A stretch of 64,000 nucleotides of DNA from a bacterium (GCA_026708015.1 JAPOVT010000043.1:8429-72428); one strand, 5' to 3'; numbered from the stretch's first letter, positions 44,406 to 54,433 are shown. Notes: generated by a model from the sequence alone, not told the origin. Numbers and translations: made by a program.

Positions 44406-44998
44406 CACCAGAGAGCCGGTTCTTGTCGTCGCCACATGCGGCGAATGTTCTCATGGTGGCGGGCGACAACCACCACCGTCACCCCAATCGCCACGCCGAC
44501 GTCGGGCGCCGGCCACCCCTGGATGGCCACCGCCGCCGGCGCAGCCGCCGTCGCCACCAGCGAGGCCGCGCCAGCCCGCTTGGTGCCGGCCAAAGCCACC
44601 GCCCACACGCCGATGAGAATTACCCCTACCACCGGGGTGAGGGCCAACAGCATTCCCTCGAAGGTGGCCACCCCCTTGCCCCCTTCGCGGTAGCGTCCCA
44701 GCGGCACGATATGGCCCACCACCGCGGCCGCACCACACGCTGCCCCAATCAACTGGTCGCCGAAGATCAGGCCCAGCCCGGCAGCGATGAATCCCTTTCC
44801 CACATCACTGAGCAGAACCCAAGCAGCCGGCCACCGCCCCGCCACCCGGTACACATTGCTGGCCCCCGGGTTCTTCGACCCCTCCCGCGTCGGATCGTGC
44901 CCCGTATACCTCCCCACCAAAAGCGCGCCGGGAAACGTCCCCCACGCATAGCCGGCCAGCACGAGCCACCATGCCCAGTCCACGCGCCAACAATACAA
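44405..44998 (-). CDS. plsY: Glycerol-3-phosphate acyltransferase PlsY
   Basis: GSKNPGASNVYRVAG motif and multi-TM ~197 aa. Confidence 0.9.
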   Translation of the reverse strand: MYCWRVDWAWWLVLAGYAWGTFPGALLVGRYTGHDPTREGSKNPGASNVYRVAGRWPAAWVLLSDVGKGFIAAGLGLIFGDQLIGAACGAAAVVGHIVPLGRYREGGKGVATFEGMLLALTPVVGVILIGVWAVALAGTKRAGAASLVATAAAPAAVAIQGWPAPDVGVAIGVTVVVVARHHENIRRMWRRQEPALW

Positions 44999-45080
44999 AA
45001 GTGGGACCCGCCAGCCTGCCGGAGGCTGGTACCACCCTCAGATAGCCAACAAACACAACCCACCCCTATCCTTTAACTCC

Positions 45081-45464
45081 GTGCCCGCCTACGACTACAA
45101 CTGCCAAACCTGCGGCACCCTCTTCGAAGTCATCCAGTCGTTCTCCGAAGATTCCCTGACGCTCTGCCCCAAAGCCGATTCGATCGCCAGCCCCGCCGCC
45201 TGCACCCAGCCCGGCAAGGGCCAGGTTTCCAAGGTCTTCAGCGTCCCCAGCATCACCTTCAAGGGCGACGGCTTCTACCGCAACGACAGCCGCTCAGGGG
45301 CCAAGTCATCCACCGTGGCCGGCTCTTCAACCAACGGCGACAGCTCCAACGGCTCAGAGAAGTCCGACGCCGCGAAGCCTGACGCTGGCAAGTCCGACAG
45401 CAGCTCATCGGAGTCCTCCAGCCGCGAACCGGCCAAAGCCGCCTCCAGTTCCTCCGACGACTAA
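45081..45464 (+). CDS. FmdB-family zinc-ribbon protein with Ser-rich tail
   Basis: MPAYDYNCQTCGTLFE...LCP CxxC...C zinc-ribbon N-terminus. GTG start. Confidence 0.8.
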   Translation: MPAYDYNCQTCGTLFEVIQSFSEDSLTLCPKADSIASPAACTQPGKGQVSKVFSVPSITFKGDGFYRNDSRSGAKSSTVAGSSTNGDSSNGSEKSDAAKPDAGKSDSSSSESSSREPAKAASSSSDD

Positions 45465-45627
45465 GTGGTGTGTCGCAGGAATAATCGCTCGTGTCCTGCT
45501 AGGCATCGACGCCCCTCGCGGCGTTGCTCCTCCTTGCCGTACGCTCCGGGTATGGCTGCGTCGGTGCGCCTTGCGAGGAACGCCGCTGCCGTCGCGATCC
45601 ACGGCGCTATTCCTGCGACACACCACT
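45464..45627. repeat. 164-nt imperfect inverted repeat / long hairpin with a perfect 20-bp closing stem
   Basis: 45464-45483 (AGTGGTGTGTCGCAGGAATA) pairs base-for-base with 45608-45627. Further imperfect pairing continues inward around a centre near 45545. Confidence 0.85.
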
Positions 45628-45631
45628 AGCC

Positions 45632-46432
45632 ATGCCTGAGATCGGCGTCATCGGCGGCTCCGGTCTCTACTCCCTGCTGGACGATGCCGTAGAAGTTCCC
45701 GGCGACGATGCCTTCGGTCCACCGTCGGGGCCACTCACTATCGGCTTGGTAGACGATATCGAGGTGGTATTTCTGGCTCGCCACGGCCCCGGCCACCGAT
45801 ATCCGGCCCACAAGGTCAACTACCGGGCCAACCTGTGGGCCCTGCGACAAGCCGGGGTTCGGGCCATATTCGGACCAAGCGCCTGCGGCTCGCTGCGTCG
45901 TGAGCTCGCTCCTGGCCACATAGTGGTGTGCGACCAACTGGTCGACCGCACTTCGGGCCGGGCCGACACCTACTTCGACACCGTCACCAACCACGTCTCG
46001 CTGGCCGACCCCTACTGCGACGAGCTCCGCCAGGCGCTGCTTGGCGCCGCCCGCTCCGAGGGCATGACCGCCCACGATGGGGGCACCATGACGGTGATCT
46101 CGGGCCCCCGCTTCTCCACTCGGGCCGAGTCCCGCTGGTTCCGCGACAACGGCTGGGACGTGGTGGGGATGACCCAGTACCCCGAGGCCGCCCTGGCCGC
46201 CGAGCTGGGTATCTGCTATGCCACCGCTGCGCTGGTCACCGACTACGACGTGGGCCTGGACGACGATCCCGACATCGAGCCGGTCACCCAAGACGAGGTG
46301 TTCGCCTTCTTCGCCCAGAACGTCGACAAAATGCGAGCAGTGCTGTTCGGCGCCATTCGGGCCATTGCCCGCAATCTCCCCGACTGCTCCAACCGCACCA
46401 ACGGCATCGACCCGCCCCTGCCGGAATCCTGA
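45632..46432 (+). CDS. mtnP: S-methyl-5'-thioadenosine phosphorylase
   Basis: Track ORF trimmed to MPEIGVIGGSGLY. FLARHG..H, MTQYPE and purine-nucleoside-phosphorylase fold motifs. Confidence 0.9.
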   Translation: MPEIGVIGGSGLYSLLDDAVEVPGDDAFGPPSGPLTIGLVDDIEVVFLARHGPGHRYPAHKVNYRANLWALRQAGVRAIFGPSACGSLRRELAPGHIVVCDQLVDRTSGRADTYFDTVTNHVSLADPYCDELRQALLGAARSEGMTAHDGGTMTVISGPRFSTRAESRWFRDNGWDVVGMTQYPEAALAAELGICYATAALVTDYDVGLDDDPDIEPVTQDEVFAFFAQNVDKMRAVLFGAIRAIARNLPDCSNRTNGIDPPLPES

Positions 46433-46508
46433 CCCTTCCCAACGACCCAAACCGCAGCTAACCTGAGCGACGCTTCCCCCGCATCATGCATCGCGAAGGC
46501 GCGCGCTG

Positions 46509-47150
46509 GTGGCCGCATCTCCCGAATCCGACGACCAAGCCCTCACCTGGCGGGGCTCGCTTCTAGCCCGACTGCCGGGCGGGCGGCGCAGCTACTGGAT
46601 AGTGGTGGCGATGGCCGCAGCGATCACCGGACTGGTGGTAGCCGCCATCGCCGCCATGGCCGGAGGCGGCCCGTCACTGGGCGAACTCACCCCGGTAATC
46701 GTGGCCACCCAACCCATCGAAGCCGGAGAGCAGTTGAGTGAGCAAAATGCCGAAGCCCGACGGCACCCGGCTCTCACCCTGCCTGCCGGAGCGGTGGCCG
46801 CCCTCCGCGGCGACGAAGTGGCGTCATCCGCCATCCACACCGGTGAGGTGGTGACCGCGGCTCGATTGGGCGGGTTGCCCATAGGGGATCGAACCGAGGT
46901 GGCCATACCCGCCCACACCGCTCTGCCCCCGCTGGCCCCCGGCGACCTCGTGGATGTGCTGGTGACACTGCCCCTGCCTGGCGACGGCGGCACCCAGACC
47001 CAAGCCACGCTCACCGTGGCCACTGCCGCGATGGTCACCGACAGGGCCGAGCACGCCGTCACCATCGCCGTCACCGGCCAAGAGCTGCTTCCGGTGGCCT
47101 CCGCGGTAGTCCAGGGATCGGTGACCCTGGCTTTGGTCCAGGCCGGTTGA
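46509..47150 (+). CDS. SAF-domain / CpaB-like membrane-anchored protein
   Basis: N-terminal TM helix followed by VIVATQPIEAGEQL, a SAF-like segment. Function uncertain. Confidence 0.6.
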   Translation: MAASPESDDQALTWRGSLLARLPGGRRSYWIVVAMAAAITGLVVAAIAAMAGGGPSLGELTPVIVATQPIEAGEQLSEQNAEARRHPALTLPAGAVAALRGDEVASSAIHTGEVVTAARLGGLPIGDRTEVAIPAHTALPPLAPGDLVDVLVTLPLPGDGGTQTQATLTVATAAMVTDRAEHAVTIAVTGQELLPVASAVVQGSVTLALVQAG

Positions 47151-47162
47151 GAGGTGTCGCCT

Positions 47163-47999
47163 TTAGCGAACCGAGGCTGCTATGAGGCTAAGCACCAGAA
47201 GGGCCACCAGCACCCGGTACACCGCGAACGGGCCGAAGCTGCGAGTGCGCACTAGGGCCAGCAGTCCCTTGACCGCGGCGAAACCGGTGACTGCCGATAC
47301 CACCGTGCCCCACGCGAAAGCGGCCCGGGCATCGGCGGGGATGCCTCCCCACCCGCCGATGTCGATGAACTGATAGACGCCGGCCCCCGCGATCACCGGC
47401 ACGCTCATCAGCATGGCCAGGCGGGCGGCGGTCTCGCGATCGAAGCAGAGCAGCCGCCCGGCGGTGATGATCACTCCCGAGCGTGAGACGCCCGGCTGGA
47501 GAGAGCAGGCCTGGGCCAAACCCAGCAGCACGGCGTCGCGCACCCCGACGTCCTCGGTGTGCCGCTGGCCATGACGTCGATCGGACCACCACAGCAGAAC
47601 GCCGAACACTGCCAACATCACCGCGGTGAGCCACACCTCGTCGTCGGCCTCGTCGATCACCGACCGCAGCCCCACCCCCACCGCCGCGGCGGGCACGGTG
47701 GCCAAAACCAACAGCCAGCCCAGCCGGCCCTCGGCAGTCATCGCTGCTTGTCGCCGGGACACAGCGGCAACCCCATCTCGCACCAATGCCCACACCTCGC
47801 GACGCAAACAGGCCACCAACCCCACCAATGTGCCCAGGTGGAGGGCCACGTCGAAGGCCTTCTTGAGGTCGTCGTTGCCCTCGAAGTCGTTCCAATCGGC
47901 CAGCCAGGGGATGATCTGGAGGTGTCCGCTGGACGACACCGGCAGGAATTCGGTCAGCCCCTGGGCGATGCCCAGCAGAATGGCGTGCAGAACCGACAT
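47163..47999 (-). CDS. uppP: Undecaprenyl-diphosphate phosphatase
   Basis: GIAQGLTEFLPVSSSGHL hallmark motif and multi-TM. Confidence 0.95.
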   Translation of the reverse strand: MSVLHAILLGIAQGLTEFLPVSSSGHLQIIPWLADWNDFEGNDDLKKAFDVALHLGTLVGLVACLRREVWALVRDGVAAVSRRQAAMTAEGRLGWLLVLATVPAAAVGVGLRSVIDEADDEVWLTAVMLAVFGVLLWWSDRRHGQRHTEDVGVRDAVLLGLAQACSLQPGVSRSGVIITAGRLLCFDRETAARLAMLMSVPVIAGAGVYQFIDIGGWGGIPADARAAFAWGTVVSAVTGFAAVKGLLALVRTRSFGPFAVYRVLVALLVLSLIAASVR

Positions 48000-48023
48000 G
48001 GCCTCGTGGCCTGGGGCTAGCCC

Positions 48024-49370
48024 TTAGGCGCCGGACATGGTGACTTCGGCCACCACCAACGACACTCCCGCCGAGCTCATTGGCAACCAGGTGAGGTCGG
48101 AGCCCACCGCGGCCACGTCCAACAGCATCCGCTGGAGGGTGGAGGCGATGGTGATCTCCCTCACCGGCTCGGCCAACTCGCCGTTGCGGATGCGCAGCCC
48201 TTCAGCGCCGGTGGAGAAGTCGCCGCTTACCGGGTTCACCCCTGAGTGCAGCCCCGACACCCCCTGCACTAAAACCCCGTTGTCTATGCCGGCAATGAGC
48301 TCGCTTGGCGGCCGGTCGCCGGGCACCAGTGACAGCGCCTGGCAGCCCACTCCGGGGGTGCTGGCGTATCCCCGAACGGCTGAGCCGGTGGAGGCCGACC
48401 CTGAGCGCCGCCCGGTGTAGCTGTTGTGAAGGAACTGCTCGAGCTGGCCACCGCCGATGAGCAGGTTGCGCCGGGTGGCCAGGCCCTCGCCGTCGGTGTC
48501 AGAGGCGGTGAACGCCTCCGGGTTGGTGGGGTCGTCCACCAGGGTGACGGTGGCCGCGGCCACTTGGTCGCCCAGTCGATCGGCGAACAGCGACCGGCCC
48601 TTGAGCACCGCCTCGCCCGACAGGGTGCTGCCGATGATGCCCAGGAACTGGGCGGTCACGAAGGGGTCGAGCACCACGGTGACCCGCTCGGTGGGGGGCT
48701 GGGTGGCCCCCAGCATCCGAGTGGCCCGCTCCACCGCGTCGCTCGCCGCGACCACCACGTCGAGGGTGCCGGGCTCTCGGCCCACCGAGAACCCGAAGCC
48801 GGTCTGGGTCTCCTCGCCTTCGGAGGCCAGCGAGTAGGCGGTGAGGTAGCACGAGGTGTCCCTTCCCGTGCTGCGGATGCCGGTGGTGGTGGCAATGGCG
48901 TCGGCGCTCAAGGCGTCGCCGTAGTCGGCCGACTCCACTCCCACGATGCGGGGATCGCCGGCCAGTACCGCCCGTTCCAATTCCAGCGCCATATCGATCT
49001 TGGCCTCGGTGCTCACCTCCAGCAGGGCCTCGTTGTAGAGGTCGAGCTCCGGAGGGTCCACCCCGTCGGGCTCGGCTAGGCCGAAGAACTCGTCGGGGGA
49101 GCCGAACACGGCGTTGTCGCGGGCCTCGGCCAGGGTTTCCTCCAGCACCGCCGGATCGAGGGTTCCAGCGTGGGCGAACCCCTGGCGGTTGTCGGCAATG
49201 ACCCGGATGCCCACGCCTTGCGACTCGGCCACCGACAGCGACTCGATCTCGCCTTCGTAGACCCGAACATCGGTCTCCTGGCTGTGGCCGACCACTGCCT
49301 CGATCTGTTCGCCGTCACGGCCCCAGCCCACGATGCGCTCGGCGATCTCCAACAGCTCCTCAGGGTTCAT
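48024..49370 (-). CDS. pmbA: TldD/PmbA family metalloprotease (PmbA-like)
   Basis: Family-typical length and C-terminal GDFS.GA.G..I.NGE motif. Paired with tldD. Confidence 0.9.
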   Translation of the reverse strand: MNPEELLEIAERIVGWGRDGEQIEAVVGHSQETDVRVYEGEIESLSVAESQGVGIRVIADNRQGFAHAGTLDPAVLEETLAEARDNAVFGSPDEFFGLAEPDGVDPPELDLYNEALLEVSTEAKIDMALELERAVLAGDPRIVGVESADYGDALSADAIATTTGIRSTGRDTSCYLTAYSLASEGEETQTGFGFSVGREPGTLDVVVAASDAVERATRMLGATQPPTERVTVVLDPFVTAQFLGIIGSTLSGEAVLKGRSLFADRLGDQVAAATVTLVDDPTNPEAFTASDTDGEGLATRRNLLIGGGQLEQFLHNSYTGRRSGSASTGSAVRGYASTPGVGCQALSLVPGDRPPSELIAGIDNGVLVQGVSGLHSGVNPVSGDFSTGAEGLRIRNGELAEPVREITIASTLQRMLLDVAAVGSDLTWLPMSSAGVSLVVAEVTMSGA

Positions 49371-49410
49371 GCCGTAGTCCTTTTGATGCTGAACCCCGCG
49401 TGGCGAGCCG

Positions 49411-50802
49411 TCACGCCGCGGTTCCGCCGATGGTCATCGACGCCACTCGCAGTGTGGGAGTGCCGTCGCCCACCGGAACACCTTGGCCGTCCTTTCCGCA
49501 GGTGCCGGGCGACCCCATGACGAAGTCGTTGCCCAGCGCCTCGATACCGGCCAGCACTTCAGGGCCGTTCCCGATGAGGTTGCCCTCCCGGATCGGGGAG
49601 CCGATCTTGCCGTTCTCGATCAGATAGGCCTCGCTCATTCCGAACACGAAATCGCCGGTGGCGGTGTTCACCTGGCCGCCACCCAGGTGGGCCACATACA
49701 CCCCACGGTCGGTGGCGGCGATGATGTCGGCAGGATCTTCGGACCCGTTGGCCAGATAGGTGTTGGTCATCCTCACCATGGGCAGGTGCTGGTAGCTCTG
49801 GCGGCGGCCGTTACCCGAGCTCTCCCGGCCTTCCTTGCGGGCCCGCAGCAGATCCCACATGTAGTCGGTGAGCACGCCGTTCTCGATGAGCACGTTGCGC
49901 TGGGCCGGTCGGCCCTCGTCGTCGATGGCGTAGGCCCCCCACTCCCGGGCCATGGTCCCGTCGTCGATGAGGGTGACCTCGGGGTGGGCCACCTGCTCAC
50001 CCACCCGGTTGCGGAACACCGAGGCCTGCTTGGCCACCAAGTCGGCTTCTAGGCCGTGTCCGCAGGCCTCGTGGAACAGCACCCCGCCGCCGCCGGGTCC
50101 GATAACCACCGGCATCGAGCCGCTGGGAGCGGGCTGGGCGGCCAGCTTGGTGAGCGCCCGATTGGCCGCGGTGCGGGCCAGGGCGTCCACCTCGTACTCG
50201 TCGAACAGCTCGAATCCGATGGGACGCCCCACGCTCTCGAACCCGGTCTGCATGCCGGTGTCGCCCACCGCCACGCACGACACCGCGAAGCGGGTGCGCA
50301 CCTGGTCGTCTCCGGCCAGCAGCCCGTCGCTGTTGGCCACCAGAATGCGGCGGCGCCCATCGGCGTAACGGGCCGACACCTGGGTTATGGCCGAGCCGGA
50401 CGCACGGGCGGCCTCGTCAGCCCGGCCCAGCAACTCCACCTTGGTGGCCTTGGCCACCGTCTCGGGCAGCACTTGCACCTCTTGGGGGGCAGGCGCATCC
50501 ACCCGATCAAGAGCCACAACCTGGTGGCCCCCGCCTCCACCCCGGGCCGCGGAAGCCGCGGCCCGAGCCGCCTTGGCCAAACCGGCCTCAGTCAAGTCGG
50601 AGGTGTGGGCGAAGCCGGTGGTATCGCCCACCACTACGCGGATTCCCGCTCCCCGGGTTCGCCCCGAGCTCAGCTCCTCCACTTTGCCGTCGTCGAGCAG
50701 CGCCGACGACGAGCGCCGGTCCTCCACGAAGACCTCGGCGAACTCGCCCCCGGTTTTCAACGCCTCCGACAGCGTGCCGGCAACAACAGACTCGTCGATC
50801 AC
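49411..50802 (-). CDS. tldD: TldD/PmbA family metalloprotease (TldD-like)
   Basis: HEACGHGLE metal site. Start set at the GTG at 50802, preceded by GGAGAGG. The track ORF extends to 51048 as an Arg/Pro-rich artefact. Confidence 0.9.
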   Translation of the reverse strand: MIDESVVAGTLSEALKTGGEFAEVFVEDRRSSSALLDDGKVEELSSGRTRGAGIRVVVGDTTGFAHTSDLTEAGLAKAARAAASAARGGGGGHQVVALDRVDAPAPQEVQVLPETVAKATKVELLGRADEAARASGSAITQVSARYADGRRRILVANSDGLLAGDDQVRTRFAVSCVAVGDTGMQTGFESVGRPIGFELFDEYEVDALARTAANRALTKLAAQPAPSGSMPVVIGPGGGGVLFHEACGHGLEADLVAKQASVFRNRVGEQVAHPEVTLIDDGTMAREWGAYAIDDEGRPAQRNVLIENGVLTDYMWDLLRARKEGRESSGNGRRQSYQHLPMVRMTNTYLANGSEDPADIIAATDRGVYVAHLGGGQVNTATGDFVFGMSEAYLIENGKIGSPIREGNLIGNGPEVLAGIEALGNDFVMGSPGTCGKDGQGVPVGDGTPTLRVASMTIGGTAA

Positions 50803-50876
50803 AGCCTCTCCCTTTGTCTTGCCGCAGTAGCCTACCCACCCCCTTCCCAAACTGAGAACAGGGCTTCGCCAAGATC

Positions 50877-52511
50877 TCAGCCCAAGTTGGAGCGGCGGGG
50901 GTAGGCGTGCTCGGGGTCGCAGATCACGTTGACCACATAGGGCACGCCAGCGCCGAGGGCTCGCTTGAGGGCGGGGGCGATTTCGTCGGGGCGATCCACC
51001 GTCTCTCCGGCACCGCCCAGAGCGGCCACCACCTGGTCGTAGCGGCACCCCTCTTGGAGATCGGCGGCCACGTCGTAGCCGTACATCTGGCGCATGGGGT
51101 GCTTCTCCAGGCCCCAGCAGCCGTTGTTGCCCACCACGATGGCCACCGGCAGGTTGTGGCGCACAAGCGAGTCGGCGTCCATCAGCGAGAACCCGGCCGC
51201 TCCATCGCCCAGCATCAGCACCACCTGGCGGTCGGGGTGGGCCACCCGGGCGGCCATGGCATAGCCCAGACCGGTGCCCAAACAGCCGTAGGGGCCAGGG
51301 TCCAGCCAGTGGCCCGGCAGGTAGGAGTCGACAAACCGACCGGCGTAGGACACGAAGTCGCCGCCGTCGCCGATCACCACCGCATCCCGGTCGAGCACCT
51401 GGCGCAGCTCCCCGTACACCCGGGTGGGCAGGATCGGATCGGCGGCGGTGGCCAGCAGGTCTTCCTCACTGGCTCGGGCCGCATCCTCTGCGTCGCGCAA
51501 TTTGGCCACCCACTGGTCGCGCTCAGAAGGGTGGGCCGGGGCGGGGCCGTCGGCCAGCGCGGCCATCATCTGGACCAAGTCTCCCGACACCGTTACCGCA
51601 GTCGGCGCATGGGCCGACACCGACTCGGCGCTATCAGTCAGGTGTACCACCTGGGCATCGCCGAATCGCCCAAACGAGAGGCGAAAATCGAGCGGGGTGC
51701 CGGCCACGATCACCAGGTCGGCATCGGAGCGCAGCATTCGCCGAGTGCGGCTGAAGAACAGCTCATGGTCGGCCGGCAGGCATCCCCGGCCCAGGCCGTT
51801 GGCGAAGGCCGGCAGCCGCTGGGCCTCCACCCAAGCCCGCAGCGAGTTCCATGCGCCGTCCCAATACACGTCGGTGCCCACCAGCAAGGCCGGGCAGCGG
51901 GCGGCGGCCACCATGGCGGCCACCTTGGCCACCCCATCGGGATCAGGGGCCTCGCCTGCGGGCATGGGATCGTCGGGAACGGTGCCCGACCCTTCGGAGA
52001 ACAGCACGTCCATGGGATAGTCCACGAACACCGGGCCCCGGTGGGGGGTCATAGCGGCCTGCACAGCCCGGTAGGTGGCGGCAGCCAGATCGTCGCCGCC
52101 CCCCGCGGTGAGCGAGCGCTTGGTGACCGGAGCCAAGATGGGAACGTGGTCGAGTTCCTGGAGCGAGCCCGAACCCCAGCGGGCCTCCGGGGCCCGACCG
52201 CCCAGCACCACCAACGGCGCGCCATTGAGCCATGCGGTGGTCACCGCGCTCACTGAGTTGGTCACCCCGGGACCAGCGGTGACCGCGGCCACCCCCGGTC
52301 GGCGGGTCAGCTTGGCCAGCGCCTCGGCCGCGAACACCGCGGTTTGCTCATGGCGCACGTCGTAGAGCACCACATCGCCCTGCTTCACCGCCGCGTCATA
52401 CAGCGGGAAGATGTGGCCTCCCGACAGGGTGAACAGCTCCTTCACCCCAAAGGGAGCCAGCGCGGCCAGCACCTGATCGCCCCCATGACCGGTAACCTGA
52501 TTCGCCGACAT
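50877..52511 (-). CDS. Thiamine diphosphate-dependent enzyme (acetolactate synthase / oxalyl-CoA decarboxylase-like)
   Basis: GDGAAGFSLMDADSLVRHNLP...VGNNGCWG ThDP-binding motif and N-terminal Pyr domain. Start at the ATG at 52511. Confidence 0.85.
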   Translation of the reverse strand: MSANQVTGHGGDQVLAALAPFGVKELFTLSGGHIFPLYDAAVKQGDVVLYDVRHEQTAVFAAEALAKLTRRPGVAAVTAGPGVTNSVSAVTTAWLNGAPLVVLGGRAPEARWGSGSLQELDHVPILAPVTKRSLTAGGGDDLAAATYRAVQAAMTPHRGPVFVDYPMDVLFSEGSGTVPDDPMPAGEAPDPDGVAKVAAMVAAARCPALLVGTDVYWDGAWNSLRAWVEAQRLPAFANGLGRGCLPADHELFFSRTRRMLRSDADLVIVAGTPLDFRLSFGRFGDAQVVHLTDSAESVSAHAPTAVTVSGDLVQMMAALADGPAPAHPSERDQWVAKLRDAEDAARASEEDLLATAADPILPTRVYGELRQVLDRDAVVIGDGGDFVSYAGRFVDSYLPGHWLDPGPYGCLGTGLGYAMAARVAHPDRQVVLMLGDGAAGFSLMDADSLVRHNLPVAIVVGNNGCWGLEKHPMRQMYGYDVAADLQEGCRYDQVVAALGGAGETVDRPDEIAPALKRALGAGVPYVVNVICDPEHAYPRRSNLG

Positions 52512-52621
52512 TCGCCTCACCGTAATATCCACAGGGAGAGGTTGGGGCAATAGCCTTGACTGAATGACCCCGATGGCCGCTTCAATCGGTTGCGCGTGCC
52601 CGGAGTCACACCTACACGTCA

Positions 52622-53629
52622 GTGAGTCCGGGCTTGACTGAGAAGCACACCATCCGCCGGGTGCTCAGCATCGTGCTCAGGGTGGGCGTCAGTGTGGCCC
52701 TGTTCTTCTTGTTGATCCGGTTGCTGCCGTCGTTCGACGCCGACGAGCTGTGGCCCGGCTTCAATTCGGCCACCCCGTTCTGGCTGGCCGGCGCGCTCGG
52801 ACTCACTGTGGTCGGCAACATGGTGGCCACCGCCCGGTGGTATGAGGTGGCCGTTGCGCTTGGGCTCAAGGTAAAACCACGACGGATGTTCTCCCACTAC
52901 ATGGCGGGCATGTTCATCTCCAACTTCGTGCCCACCACCGTGGGCGGCGACGTGCTCAGGATGTCTCGTCTCTCCAACGACACCGGAGACGGGCCTCACA
53001 GCTTCGCCTCGGTGCTGTTGGAGCGGCTCAGCGGCTGGATCGTGCTGCCTGTAATCACCCTCCTGGGCTTAGCACTGGATGAAGAGCTGCGGGGACTGGG
53101 CGCCCCCACCCGGGTAGCGGCCAGCACCGCCGGTCTCACCCTGCTGGCTCTGGGTCTGATCCTGATGCTGGTGGGCAATCAGCGGTTCGGCCGCCTGGTC
53201 AGCCGACGCAACGGCTGGGTCCGATTTGTCAACGGACTGCACATGGGCATCGACGAGCTGCGGGCCAAGCCCCGCGACACCGGCCGAGTGCTGATAACCG
53301 CCTTCGCCTACCAGGCGGTGATGCTGGCTGCCGCGGGGTGCGCAGCCAAGGCAGTGGGGATCGACGTCCTGGGACCCACTGAGCTGATGACGTTCATCCC
53401 CGCAGTGCTTATCATCCAGGTGCTGCCCATCGGGCTGGGAGGGCTCGGCTTGCGAGAGGGTGCGTTGGTTCTCTTCCTCCACGACTTGGGCGTGATCGAC
53501 GAGCGGGCCATCGCCATGGGACTGCTGCTGTATTTCCTCACCGTGGCCGGCAGCCTGGTCGGGCTGCCGGCGCTGGTGTTCGGCGGCCAATACTGGCAAC
53601 GGGCCTCGCGCTCCCGCCATGAGCACTGA
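52622..53629 (+). CDS. Flippase-like / lysylphosphatidylglycerol-synthase TM-region family membrane protein
   Basis: Multi-TM protein with FISNFVPTTVGGDVLR motif. Confidence 0.8.
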   Translation: MSPGLTEKHTIRRVLSIVLRVGVSVALFFLLIRLLPSFDADELWPGFNSATPFWLAGALGLTVVGNMVATARWYEVAVALGLKVKPRRMFSHYMAGMFISNFVPTTVGGDVLRMSRLSNDTGDGPHSFASVLLERLSGWIVLPVITLLGLALDEELRGLGAPTRVAASTAGLTLLALGLILMLVGNQRFGRLVSRRNGWVRFVNGLHMGIDELRAKPRDTGRVLITAFAYQAVMLAAAGCAAKAVGIDVLGPTELMTFIPAVLIIQVLPIGLGGLGLREGALVLFLHDLGVIDERAIAMGLLLYFLTVAGSLVGLPALVFGGQYWQRASRSRHEH

Positions 53630-53650
53630 CCGCAGGCGGCTCTTGTAACG

Positions 53651-54433
53651 ATGGCGCTGTCCGCCCTCAAACCGGGCACCGCATCCAAGAGCCGCACCCG
53701 GCCCCGCTGGTATCTGGAGCTGGCCGTCATCGGCGCCTTCTACGGCATCTACTCCTGGGTTCGCAACCAATTCGGCTCCGCGGCGGTGGGGCCGGCCGAG
53801 GCGCAGGCCAACGCTGAGCTGGTGATCGACTGGGAGCGCAGCATCGGGCTGTACTTCGAGCGCGACCTCCAAGACCTGTTCATCGGGTGGGTATCGTTTA
53901 TCCAGTTCTGGAACCTGTTCTACGGGCTCTTCCATTTCGCGGTGACCGCCTTCACCCTCATCTGGCTCTACTGGCGCTTCCCCCGGCACTACCGGCTCTG
54001 GCGTACCACCGGGCTGTTGACCACCGGGTCGGCTCTGGTGGGATTCGCGCTGTTCCCGCTGATGCCCCCTCGCTTGCTTTCGGTGGGCGAACGCTATGGC
54101 GGCGACCTCCCCGAAACCGGCTATGTCGACACCGTTCACGAGATGGGCGGGCTGTGGTCGTTCACCGAAGGGGCAGCCGAAACACTCTCCAACCAGTACG
54201 CCGCCATGCCCAGCCTGCATTTCGCCTGGGCCATGTGGTGTTTTCTGGCCCTGCGCAAGCACTTGGTACACCCGGTGGCCAAATGGGCCATCACTGCCTA
54301 TCCCTGGCTCACGCTGTTCGCCATTGTGGTAACCGCCAACCACTATTGGATCGACGCGGTGGGCGGGCTGGGCGCGCTGGGTGTGGGCTGGGCGGCGGCA
54401 CGGGGCTACCACGCGTGGCGGGAACGCGAGTAA
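53651..54433 (+). CDS. PAP2-superfamily membrane protein (inositolphosphoceramide/sphingomyelin-synthase-like)
   Basis: MPSLHFAWA and ANHYWIDAVGG motifs. Confidence 0.8.
   Translation: MALSALKPGTASKSRTRPRWYLELAVIGAFYGIYSWVRNQFGSAAVGPAEAQANAELVIDWERSIGLYFERDLQDLFIGWVSFIQFWNLFYGLFHFAVTAFTLIWLYWRFPRHYRLWRTTGLLTTGSALVGFALFPLMPPRLLSVGERYGGDLPETGYVDTVHEMGGLWSFTEGAAETLSNQYAAMPSLHFAWAMWCFLALRKHLVHPVAKWAITAYPWLTLFAIVVTANHYWIDAVGGLGALGVGWAAARGYHAWRERE

Noticed and set aside
43138-45000. Looked for a molybdenum-cofactor riboswitch upstream of the moeA-moaA-moaC genes
   Set aside because: There is no leader. moeA overlaps plsY, and the moaA upstream gap is only about 60 nt with no conserved Moco-motif features visible.
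50803-51048. N-terminal extension of the tldD ORF
   Set aside because: It is an Arg/Pro-rich extension overlapping the ThDP-enzyme gene end. A GTG with a GGAGAGG Shine-Dalgarno at 50802 fits the family N-terminus.
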